Assembly (NCBI GenBank): GCA_022562085.1
Contig: JADFPY010000002.1
Span: 1 to 51,991, forward strand
Direction: 5' to 3'
DNA from: Candidatus Zhuqueibacterota bacterium
Lineage (GTDB): Bacteria > Zhuqueibacterota > Zhuqueibacteria > Oceanimicrobiales > Oceanimicrobiaceae
Length of the DNA stretch: 51,991 nucleotides
Under the pieces are notes generated by a model. It was not told where the DNA came from, did no database searches, and saw only the letters and a program-made list of their open reading frames with translations. Position 1 is the first letter of the stretch; each line of letters begins with the position of its first letter. Made by a program: the position numbers and the translations under genes. Positions 44,257 to 51,991 of the stretch are shown here, piece after piece.

Positions 44257-47200
44257 ATGCTAACTTCAATCAAATACATTCTCACCATTGCTGAAGTCGA
44301 ACGGAAGATGCTCTACCGCAAGGCCAAGTTTTGGGTGCTCGGCGGCGGCGGCTTGATCGGTATCGTCTTTTTCATGGTGATGCTGACTGTCTTCTCCATT
44401 GTCGGAGAAGGCATCCCGGGCGAGTTTTTGCTTGAGGGAACGGATGCTTATCTGGCCCTTTACTTTTTCAGCTATGCTCAGGCGATAGTCATCGCTTTTG
44501 TTGCCGGAGATTTTCGCAAGTCGGAAGAAAAAGCCCGTCTCGATCAAGTCATGCTCTCGCGGCCCATGACCACGGCAAATTGGGTGCTGGGCAAATATTT
44601 TGGCGTCGTCAGCGGCGTTTTGTATCTCAATTTATTCTTGATCATCATCGCCGTGATTGGCCGAACGCTCAAAGTTATTTTTACCGGCACCAGTTTCAAT
44701 ATCTTACCTTTTCTTGAATACTTTGCTATTGCAACCCTGCCCTCCATTCTATTTATGACGGCGTTGGTTTTCTTTATCGTCAGTGTGTTTCGGGCGCAGT
44801 CGGTGGCCATGATTGTTTCTTTGGGTTACTGGGTTTCGATCCTGGCATATTTTCGCCACAATTTTTTGGGACTCTTTGACTATGGGGCTTTTTTCGCGCC
44901 GATTTTTTCCAGCGATTTTATCGGTTTTGGAAATATTGAAGGGGTGCTTTTGCAGCGTCTGTTCTTTGTCCTGCTGGCGTTTTCTCTCATCGGGTTTTCA
45001 ATACTGCTCTATCCGCGACTCTGGCAATCTCGTTTTTCAAAATATTTGTCAACAGCTTGTGCCGTGCTTTTTCTGTTTGCCGCCGGAGGTGTCGGCTATT
45101 TAATTTTCGAAAAACAGCAAACCACTCTGGCAACCCGCAATGCCGATTTTGACTTTCATAAAAGCTGGATTTCAAAACCGATTTGCAAAGTCAAACATTA
45201 TGATTTGGACATCCGGTTTGGGAATGAGGAAACGCCGCTTGATGTTTCTGCAAAATTGTTTTTGACGAACCCTAATGACGAGGCGCTGCAGGAAGTCATT
45301 TTTGCGCTTAATGGCCAACTTACGGTTTCGCAGGTCAGCAAATTAAATGGTGACCCCATTCCATTTAAACACGAACAGCATCTATTGATCTTGGATTTGG
45401 CAAACTCTCCTCTTATGCCCAATTCTATAGATTCCATTCAAATTTCATATTCAGGGCAAATCGATGCAGATGGTTTCATGTTGGATCGTTTACCCAAAAG
45501 CAAAGGCCGAATTGACAAAAGCGACGGTCCCTGGGTTCAGCCCAATGAGTCGGCCTGGCTCAGTGAGGATTTTGCAGTCCTGCCGGCGCAATGCGGCTGG
45601 TATCCCCTTCCGGGCGCCGCTGCCGGTTATGATTTTTCAGCGCCGCGACCGCTAAATTTTGCCACTGCAGACATTCGGGTCAAAACCGCACAAGGTCTAA
45701 GTGTGATTTCTCAGGGCCGGAAAACCGAGGAGAAAATCGATGAGGATACAAAGCTCAGCCGCTTTTCAATAACCAAAGCGGTACCCGGGTTGTCACTGAA
45801 CATTGGCGATTATAAACGACTGACTCACAAATTTAAACAGACCGAAGTTGAGTTGTACGTTCATCAAAAACACTTGCTGGATTACGACCTTTTTGCTGAC
45901 GTCGCCGACACGTGTTATGAAGTCGTCGAAAGCATCCTCGATATTTTTGAACAGGTGAGCGGTCTGCCGTATCCTTACGATAAACTGGCGATTGTCGAGG
46001 TGCCGCTGCAAATGCAGGTTTACACATCACGATTCGGGTTGAACAACGTGATGCTGCAGCCGGAGATTATTATGCTTGGCGAGGTCATAGTTGCCCAGAA
46101 TCGTTTCAAGAAAGAAATTGAGGACGAAACCAAAGATGCGCGCAAAGATGGCCGCGACGATTCCCCGCAGCGTATCAAAAGAGAGGTTTTTATTGAAATT
46201 GTACTGGACACATTTTTTTCAGACGACTGGCGCAGGTCCGGGAGTCTGAGCTCTCCCTTAAAAAATTATTTGCATTTCCAGGTAGATATCACCAATCCGG
46301 TTTTATCAAGAGCTCTCGAGCTGCAACTCTATGAAGAGAGTGAGCGCCGGGTCAACGACTTGTTCTATCCCGACCGCTGGGATGCGGCGCTCAGCAGTAA
46401 CGATCGCATGCGCCAGAATGAGGGGGGGTGGAGAAACCGCCATCGCTACGGGATTGAGGTTGATTCTTTAATTACAACACTCACGAAGACTCCGCTAACG
46501 GAGATTCTTCCTGTGGAGGATGGCAAGTTATATAGCCTCTGTGTGGACTTCAAAGCGCCGCCTATTTTGCAAATGTTGAGTAAGCGGGTTGGTGAGAAGA
46601 ATTACACCAGAGCCTTAAGCAGCTTAGTTGAGAAGTATCGCTATAAACAAGTAGATACTGCTGATTTCCTAAAAGTCATCCAATCGGAGTCGAATGAAAA
46701 CATCGAGGATTTTTTTGATGAGTGGTTCAATCAGGCAACGTTTCCGGGATATCGCCTGACGCAGGCCACGGCTGAGAAACTTGATACGGGAAAATTGAAC
46801 ATTATTTACCAGGTCAGCGTGCGGGTGCAAAACGGTGAGAAAGGTGATGGCTTTGTCCGGATTGTATGCAAAACAAAAAACGATAAGATCTGGCGCAATC
46901 TGCGATTGGGGAGTTACGAGGAAAAAGTGATCCAATTTCCCGTAAACGAGGAACCGAGACAGATCGAAGTGATTCCTTATTTTTCCCGCAACCGCGGCCA
47001 GATTGTGAAACAGATTTCAATTTCAAACCGTATCAAGCGCCAAACGCCGGTCGATACATCGTTTACGGTAACTTCAATCAACGACTCTTTAGTGTTTGTT
47101 ATCGATGATCAGGACGACGGATTTTTTACGCCCATCTCAGCAGAGGCGAAGTACTTGCGCCCTCCTTCCAGAGGTTCAAGTTGGTGGGAGAATACCAACC

Positions 47201-47553
47201 GCTACGCCTTCGGTAAGTATTATTTTGGCTGGCGCATAAAGAGCGCCGGCGACGGTTCTTATCCGGCGAGGTGGGAAGCGGCGGTGCCAAAGGACGGTGA
47301 CTATGAGCTGAGTTTCTATTTTCGCGCCGAAAAAAGTTGGTATGCACGCTACAAGAGTCAGACTTATTATTTGAACGTAACCAGCTCAGAAGGGACTTTT
47401 CCTATAGAAATTCAACCGCATGAGACAGCAGACGGCTGGGTACATCTGGGTAGATTCAATTTCAAAAAAGATAAACCCGCGATTGTTCAATTAGAAGATG
47501 AAGGCAGCGGCTATTTGATCGCAGATGCGATTCGGTGGGAGTTTGTTGAGTAG
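44257..47553 (+). CDS. Fusion: ABC-2-type permease (polytopic, ~300 aa) + M1-aminopeptidase-like region lacking HEXXH + C-terminal golvesin-C-terminal-like domain
   Basis: The N-terminal third is hydrophobic with 6 or more helices. VKHYDLDIRFGNEETPLDVSAKLFLTNPNDEALQEVIFALNGQLTVSQV fits the M1 N-terminal beta-domain pattern. I found no GAMEN or HEXXH motif in the translation. The C-terminus ...GDYELSFYF...DGWVHLGRFNFKKDKPAIVQLEDEGSGYLIADAIRWEF resembles golvesin C-terminal-like domains. Confidence 0.7.
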   Translation: MLTSIKYILTIAEVERKMLYRKAKFWVLGGGGLIGIVFFMVMLTVFSIVGEGIPGEFLLEGTDAYLALYFFSYAQAIVIAFVAGDFRKSEEKARLDQVMLSRPMTTANWVLGKYFGVVSGVLYLNLFLIIIAVIGRTLKVIFTGTSFNILPFLEYFAIATLPSILFMTALVFFIVSVFRAQSVAMIVSLGYWVSILAYFRHNFLGLFDYGAFFAPIFSSDFIGFGNIEGVLLQRLFFVLLAFSLIGFSILLYPRLWQSRFSKYLSTACAVLFLFAAGGVGYLIFEKQQTTLATRNADFDFHKSWISKPICKVKHYDLDIRFGNEETPLDVSAKLFLTNPNDEALQEVIFALNGQLTVSQVSKLNGDPIPFKHEQHLLILDLANSPLMPNSIDSIQISYSGQIDADGFMLDRLPKSKGRIDKSDGPWVQPNESAWLSEDFAVLPAQCGWYPLPGAAAGYDFSAPRPLNFATADIRVKTAQGLSVISQGRKTEEKIDEDTKLSRFSITKAVPGLSLNIGDYKRLTHKFKQTEVELYVHQKHLLDYDLFADVADTCYEVVESILDIFEQVSGLPYPYDKLAIVEVPLQMQVYTSRFGLNNVMLQPEIIMLGEVIVAQNRFKKEIEDETKDARKDGRDDSPQRIKREVFIEIVLDTFFSDDWRRSGSLSSPLKNYLHFQVDITNPVLSRALELQLYEESERRVNDLFYPDRWDAALSSNDRMRQNEGGWRNRHRYGIEVDSLITTLTKTPLTEILPVEDGKLYSLCVDFKAPPILQMLSKRVGEKNYTRALSSLVEKYRYKQVDTADFLKVIQSESNENIEDFFDEWFNQATFPGYRLTQATAEKLDTGKLNIIYQVSVRVQNGEKGDGFVRIVCKTKNDKIWRNLRLGSYEEKVIQFPVNEEPRQIEVIPYFSRNRGQIVKQISISNRIKRQTPVDTSFTVTSINDSLVFVIDDQDDGFFTPISAEAKYLRPPSRGSSWWENTNRYAFGKYYFGWRIKSAGDGSYPARWEAAVPKDGDYELSFYFRAEKSWYARYKSQTYYLNVTSSEGTFPIEIQPHETADGWVHLGRFNFKKDKPAIVQLEDEGSGYLIADAIRWEFVE

Positions 47554-47566
47554 TTCGAAGAGCGTA

Positions 47567-47602
47567 GAGCGAGAAGCGATGAGCGCTCTACGCTTCTCGC
47601 TC
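47567..47602 (+). terminator. Candidate terminator hairpin after the permease-fusion gene
   Basis: GAGCGAGAAGCG (47567-47578) pairs with CGCTTCTCGCTC (47591-47602). An alternative pairing is CGTAGAGCG (47563-47571) with CGCTCTACG (47584-47592). The T-rich GGTTTTTT lies about 15 nt further downstream. Confidence 0.45.
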
Positions 47603-47643
47603 CTCGTTTGTAAAAGGTTTTTTAATTTAAATATGAGAACAAA

Positions 47644-49155
47644 ATGATTAAAATATTTTCTTTTGCTTTCTTGCTTTGTTTGATTTTCTCGGCTGTCTCA
47701 TTCAGCCAAATCCCAAAAATTCTTAACCTTGAAGAGAGCATCAACATTGCTTTAAACCAAAGCTTTGATGCCGCCCGGATCGAGCAATCGCTTATTAATG
47801 CGCAAATGAGTCTGCAAGCTGCCCAATCAAGCTTGAAAAGTAACAGCGAACTTTTTTTGAACAGTTTTCCCAATTTTCAAGATAATGAAAGGCGAACCGC
47901 GCAAACCGGCGGCACCTTTAGTTTCGATAGGCAACGGTTTTTGGAATTTCAAGCGGATTGGTTTATAAACCAGCCGATTCGGTTTACGGATGGCGTTTTC
48001 TCTCTGGTTGGGTCTTTTCAGAGATTCCAACAATTCGGCACCTTTGAACGAGTTGGCTTCGATCAAAACGGCATGCCGCTCTTAACCAGCGTCGAAGATC
48101 CAACAGATTACGCGCCACAACTGAGACTGCAATTCCGGCAGCCCCTCTTTACCCTAAATCGATTAAACACAAATTTCACTAAGTCCGAGTTAAATTTGGA
48201 GCGCACGCAATATTCGTATACCCGCAATCAGCTTGATTTGATTTTCAATGTCACTTCAAATTTTTACAATTTATTTAAAGCTCAGCAGCAATTGGAAATA
48301 GACCAAAAGCAAGTTGCGCAATCTCAGGAAGCCTTTCGAATTGCGAATCTAAAACAGCAGGCAGGACTTTTGCCCGAGGTTGAGGTTTTGCGACTCGAAA
48401 TTGATTTGGCGAACGCACGAAATAGAGCATCGACAAGTGAAGCAACAATGAAATCGACTGAAGATTTTTTTAAAGTTCTCATTGGCTTGCCGATTGAAGA
48501 CAGAATCGAAACCACCACACAACTTTCCTATGACCCGATAGAGGTTACTTTAGAGAAAGCGCTGTCCGAGGCCTTGAGCCGGCGCACAGAGTTGCGAACT
48601 GACGAAATCGACATCGAACTCAGCGCGATTAATGTCAAGGAAGTGGATTCTGCGCGGGAAATTAAAGGCCAATTAAATATGAGCTACGGCATTTTCAATC
48701 GCGATGAAGAATTTTCAAATGCGTTCAAAAACTTTAGTCAGGATCGGAGTGTGGTTTTGGGTCTGACCATTCCGCTATGGGATTGGAGTAAAAACAGATA
48801 TGAAGTGGAATCGGCAAAAGCCTCGCTTGAGAACAATCGCCTTGCCCAAAAGAATCGTATTGAAACGATCAAACAGGAAATTCGAAAGGGTGTACGCGAT
48901 CTGCAATCCGCCCAGCAGCGCGTGGATATCACCAAACGCAGTGAAGTGCTGGCCGAAAAAAGCTATCGAATCAGCTTGCTGAAATTTGAAAACGGCGACT
49001 TAAGCTCACAGGACCTGGCTCTTGAGCAAAACCGTCAGACTGAAGCTCTCACCAATTCTCTAAACGCAATCATTGATTATAAAAACGCACTGTCCGATTT
49101 GCGCCGAAAGACGCTGTGGGATTTTGAGAAAAATGCGCCGGTTGAAATAGAGTAA
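47644..49155 (+). CDS. TolC-family outer-membrane efflux protein
   Basis: Signal peptide MIKIFSFAFLLCLIFSAVSFSQ. Duplicated OEP repeat pattern (ALNQSFDAARIEQSL..., AEKSYRISLLKFENGDLSSQDL...). Confidence 0.85.
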   Translation: MIKIFSFAFLLCLIFSAVSFSQIPKILNLEESINIALNQSFDAARIEQSLINAQMSLQAAQSSLKSNSELFLNSFPNFQDNERRTAQTGGTFSFDRQRFLEFQADWFINQPIRFTDGVFSLVGSFQRFQQFGTFERVGFDQNGMPLLTSVEDPTDYAPQLRLQFRQPLFTLNRLNTNFTKSELNLERTQYSYTRNQLDLIFNVTSNFYNLFKAQQQLEIDQKQVAQSQEAFRIANLKQQAGLLPEVEVLRLEIDLANARNRASTSEATMKSTEDFFKVLIGLPIEDRIETTTQLSYDPIEVTLEKALSEALSRRTELRTDEIDIELSAINVKEVDSAREIKGQLNMSYGIFNRDEEFSNAFKNFSQDRSVVLGLTIPLWDWSKNRYEVESAKASLENNRLAQKNRIETIKQEIRKGVRDLQSAQQRVDITKRSEVLAEKSYRISLLKFENGDLSSQDLALEQNRQTEALTNSLNAIIDYKNALSDLRRKTLWDFEKNAPVEIE

Positions 49156-49202
49156 AGTGTTTAAGTTTTAAAGTGTTTAATGTGTTACAATTTTAACACC
49201 CG

Positions 49203-49250
49203 AATACTTGAACACTTGAACACTTGAACACTTGAACACACAAACACTTA
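49203..49250. repeat. Six tandem 8-bp units AATACTTG-AACACTTG-AACACTTG-AACACTTG-AACACACA-AACACTTA
   Basis: Read directly from the sequence. The three central units are perfect. It is preceded by two copies of AAAGTGTTTAA (49154-49164 and 49170-49180) and by the palindrome GTGTTA-N6-TAACAC. Confidence 0.9.
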
Positions 49251-49267
49251 AAACCATGGGAGTTAGG

Positions 49268-50326
49268 ATGAAAAACTTTAAACAAAATATCAAATTTTTA
49301 TTAGCTGTTGTATCCTTCTTAGGGCTTGCCTGCAACGGCGGAGACGACAAATCCGCGGCGGATTTAACCGTGCCCGTTGTCGTCGAAAAAATCAAACGCG
49401 GGCCCATTGCGAAGTTTATTTCAACGACCGGCACCCTTCGCAGCATTAAGGAGGAGGCCGTGATTGCGGAAGTACAAGGAGTTTTAAATCTTGCCAAAAC
49501 CAACGGTACAGTTTTGCATGCCGGGACAAAAGTCGAAAAAGATCGTCTGCTGGCAGAAATAGACAATCAAGAATATGTTTTGGAGGTCAGAGTTGAGTCC
49601 CAAAAGTTGGCGATGCAGAATGCCGACCGCGAGTTGAAAAAACAGGAAGCTTTATTCAAAGAGGGAGGCGTGACTGAAAAAGAATTAGAGGTGGCCCGTA
49701 AATCCGCCCTCGATGCTCGCTTGAATTATGAAGCCGCCGAACTCAAAGCAGACAAACTCAAACTCCGGGCGCCGATTTCGGGTTTTATCACCAACCTGCA
49801 AGCCAATTTTGACGGCATTCAAGTTCAGCGCGGATTTCAGCTTTGCAAGATCATGGATTACACCACGACTTTTGTGCAAGTTAATCTGCCGAATTCCGAT
49901 CTAGGTCAAATTCAAGCCGGCCAGAAAGTCAATGTCACAAATTATGCCCTGGAAGGAGAGGCTTTTGAGGGGTGGATTACCGCAGTCGGTCCAACGATTA
50001 ACGCTCAAACCCGCACTTTTACGGCGACCGTGCAGATTGAAAATCCAAAGCTGCGCCTGCGCCCGGGGATGTTTGTTAAAGCCGACATCATCATCGATGA
50101 TCACCCGGATGCGGTCATCATCCCGAAAAGCGCCTTGCAAACCCGCGAAGGTTTACCGATAACTTTTGTTGTCGAAGGCGTGAGCGCCCATCTGCGTGAA
50201 GTCGTTACCGGTATCGAGACCAAAGAAGAAATCGAAATTCTCGAGGGGCTCGCGGAAGGGGAGCGGCTGGTGGTGAAGGGTCACGAAATGCTGCGGGATA
50301 AATCTAAGGTGCGGGTAACCAAATAA
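49268..50326 (+). CDS. Efflux RND periplasmic adaptor (membrane fusion protein), lipoprotein
   Basis: ORF 49232..50326 begins inside the tandem repeat. Preferred ATG at 49268 (MKNFKQNIKFLLAVVSFLGLAC; lipobox LGLAC). HlyD/MFP pattern: coiled-coil LEVRVESQKLAMQNADRELKKQEALFKEG, LRAPISGFIT, and a beta-barrel/MPD region. Confidence 0.85.
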   Translation: MKNFKQNIKFLLAVVSFLGLACNGGDDKSAADLTVPVVVEKIKRGPIAKFISTTGTLRSIKEEAVIAEVQGVLNLAKTNGTVLHAGTKVEKDRLLAEIDNQEYVLEVRVESQKLAMQNADRELKKQEALFKEGGVTEKELEVARKSALDARLNYEAAELKADKLKLRAPISGFITNLQANFDGIQVQRGFQLCKIMDYTTTFVQVNLPNSDLGQIQAGQKVNVTNYALEGEAFEGWITAVGPTINAQTRTFTATVQIENPKLRLRPGMFVKADIIIDDHPDAVIIPKSALQTREGLPITFVVEGVSAHLREVVTGIETKEEIEILEGLAEGERLVVKGHEMLRDKSKVRVTK

Positions 50327-50586
50327 GAATTTCAACACAAAGAGCACAAAAACTATAACCACGGATTCGCACGGCTAAAATACGGATTTTAGAGTGGAGC
50401 TTTAAAATTTTACTTTTTTTTACTTACACATTTCTACAAACTCAAATGGCGTATCATGATTTTTTTTTAAACGTATTTTATCCGAGTCAATCAGTGTAAA
50501 TCTGTGGCTGAATAAAATATTTGGCTACAGCCGAAGGCAGCACCGGGCTTCTTTGTGTCCTTTCTGTTTAGTTATGAGAGTAAAAA

Positions 50587-51991
50587 ATGAATCTACCTAA
50601 ATTCTCGGTCCGCTATCCGGTTACAGTTGCCATGCTCATGCTCACCATCGGCATTCTTGGCTTCATCTCTTTCAATCGCCTGGGTACAGACTTACTGCCC
50701 TCTATATACAATCCGCGTATCGTAGTGGAGCTGAAGTCAGGCGAACGTTCACCGCAGGATATGGAGCAGCGGTTTGCCCGCAATCTCGAAGGCGCTCTCG
50801 GCACGGTAAGCAACGTGGTTGAAGTCCGGTCAGTGTGCAGCATTGGGCGTATTTTAGTCACCGCCACGTTTAGCTGGGGCACGGATATGGACTTTGCCCT
50901 TCTCGATATTCAAAAGAAGGTCGCAAGTTTCGAGTCCGATCCGGAGGTGAGTAGTCTGACAGTTGCCCGCTACGACCCGCAGGAGGAGCCGATTCTGACT
51001 TACGCGCTGACTTCAAACACGCAAGACGGTCATGACTCGGATGAAATCCGCCGGGTTGCCGAAAACCTTGTGAAGCGCAATCTCGAACGTCTCGAAGGTG
51101 TGGCCCGGGTGCGAGTTTACGGCGGCATCAAACTGGAAGTCCGGGTTGAGCTAAACGAGTATCTTTTGCAGGCTTATAATTTAACGCCCGGCGATATCAG
51201 TAACAAAATCAAACAGTCAAACGCCAATGCTTCCGGTGGAAAATTAGTTCAGCAGAATAAAGCCTACATCATTAAAGGAATCGGTCAGTTTGCGGATATC
51301 GGCGAAGTTCAAAGAACCGTCGTTGGTTACAAACAGAGCACAAACGGCAGTGCCGGGGACTCGACGGCAGCGGGGCAGCAGCAATTCGGAAATGTTTATA
51401 CGCCGGACAAAGTGCCGATTTTCTTATCCGACGTTGCAAGAGTGGCGTACGCGCCTGAGGAACGCACCGACATCGTACTTTTGAACGGCCGGGAAAGTGT
51501 CGGACTTTATATTTATAAAGAATCCAAAGATAACACGGTCCGGGTTGCACAACAAGTTCAGGAAGAAATTACTCGAATGGGAAACGAGTTGGCCAATCTC
51601 GATTTCTCACTTATTTATAGTCAAGCCTCTTTTATTGAAAGTGCGGTGGGCGAGGTAAAAACCACTGCCGTGATTGGTATTATTCTGGCCGTGTTGATTT
51701 TGTATGCTTTCCTGCGAAATCTTGGCGCAACCGTGATTGTAGGTCTGGCAATTCCGATTTCCGTTCTGGCCACTTTCAGCCTGATGTATTTCCAAAACAT
51801 AACCCTGAATATCATGACCCTGGGCGGACTGGCCCTGGGAGCAGGCATGCTGGTCGATAACGCCATTGTGGTTATCGAAAATATTTTTCGCAGGCGGCAA
51901 TTGGGCGAAGCTGCTGACGAAGCTGCGGTGAAAGGTGCGTCCGAAGTTGGCGTCGCAATTGTGGCTTCAACTTTGACCACGATTATCGTCT
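50587..51991 (+). CDS. Efflux RND permease, 5' partial (continues beyond the window)
   Basis: ATG at 50587. My own translation reads MNLPKFSVRYPVTVAMLMLTIGILGFISFNRLGTDLLPSIYNPRIVVE... The frame stays open to the window end. It is not in the ORF track because there is no stop codon. Confidence 0.85.
   Translation, partial: MNLPKFSVRYPVTVAMLMLTIGILGFISFNRLGTDLLPSIYNPRIVVELKSGERSPQDMEQRFARNLEGALGTVSNVVEVRSVCSIGRILVTATFSWGTDMDFALLDIQKKVASFESDPEVSSLTVARYDPQEEPILTYALTSNTQDGHDSDEIRRVAENLVKRNLERLEGVARVRVYGGIKLEVRVELNEYLLQAYNLTPGDISNKIKQSNANASGGKLVQQNKAYIIKGIGQFADIGEVQRTVVGYKQSTNGSAGDSTAAGQQQFGNVYTPDKVPIFLSDVARVAYAPEERTDIVLLNGRESVGLYIYKESKDNTVRVAQQVQEEITRMGNELANLDFSLIYSQASFIESAVGEVKTTAVIGIILAVLILYAFLRNLGATVIVGLAIPISVLATFSLMYFQNITLNIMTLGGLALGAGMLVDNAIVVIENIFRRRQLGEAADEAAVKGASEVGVAIVASTLTTIIV

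Noticed and set aside
49203-49250. Whether the tandem repeat could be a CRISPR array
   Set aside because: The units are 8 bp and contiguous, with no spacers, and there are no cas genes in the window.

Overview
This is a 51,991-bp bacterial window from a diderm organism, shown by TolC, RND and outer-membrane barrel genes. GC is moderate and GGAGG-type ribosome-binding sites are common. I recognised no rRNA, tRNA or CRISPR array, and the taxon cannot be assigned from the sequence alone. About 36 credible CDSs are present. All family calls come from motifs read in the supplied translations. No HMM or BLAST search was possible, and domain boundaries are approximate.

Layout:
- 1-7.9 kb: ordinary enzymes (SRPBCC protein, methyltransferase, alpha/beta hydrolase, secreted M28 peptidase, epimerase), a TolC-family gene and a SnoaL-like gene.
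- 7.9-9.5 kb: an intact IS with terminal inverted repeats and a 10-bp target-site duplication.
- 9.6-14.0 kb: an RND efflux permease with a C-terminal P-loop ATPase module fused in frame.
- 14.2-16.0 kb: a membrane-anchored metallophosphoesterase.
- 16.4-16.6 kb: a decayed IS200-type tnpA remnant.
- 16.6-32.4 kb: a tightly packed minus-strand 8-gene block. It combines three more copies of the ATPase module, an outer-membrane barrel and four flavoenzyme genes, one of them fused to a hydrolase.
- 32.7-39.0 kb, same strand: a FAS-II-like lipid cluster (SDR, KAS III, FabA, FabZ, KAS I/II, ACP, acyltransferase, frameshifted PPTase).
- 40.0-41.9 kb: a fifth ATPase module fused to a second Ser/Thr kinase.
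- 42.9-52.0 kb: an ABC ATPase, a DUF559 gene, a permease/M1-like/golvesin-like giant, then TolC, MFP and a partial RND gene.

The main candidate for a new system is the five-fold recurrence of one Arch_ATPase/STAND-like module, each copy joined to a different output. The outputs are efflux, kinase plus cyclase, none (stand-alone), an envelope-spanning protein, and a kinase. The modules are embedded in a flavoenzyme and lipid-biosynthesis gene array.

Other directly checkable oddities:
- a roughly 160-bp duplication of the M28 promoter and signal-peptide region, the two copies bracketing 35 kb;
- a homopolymer frameshift in the PPTase gene;
- a 22-bp perfect hairpin after the DUF559 gene;
- a 6 x 8-bp tandem repeat in front of the MFP gene.
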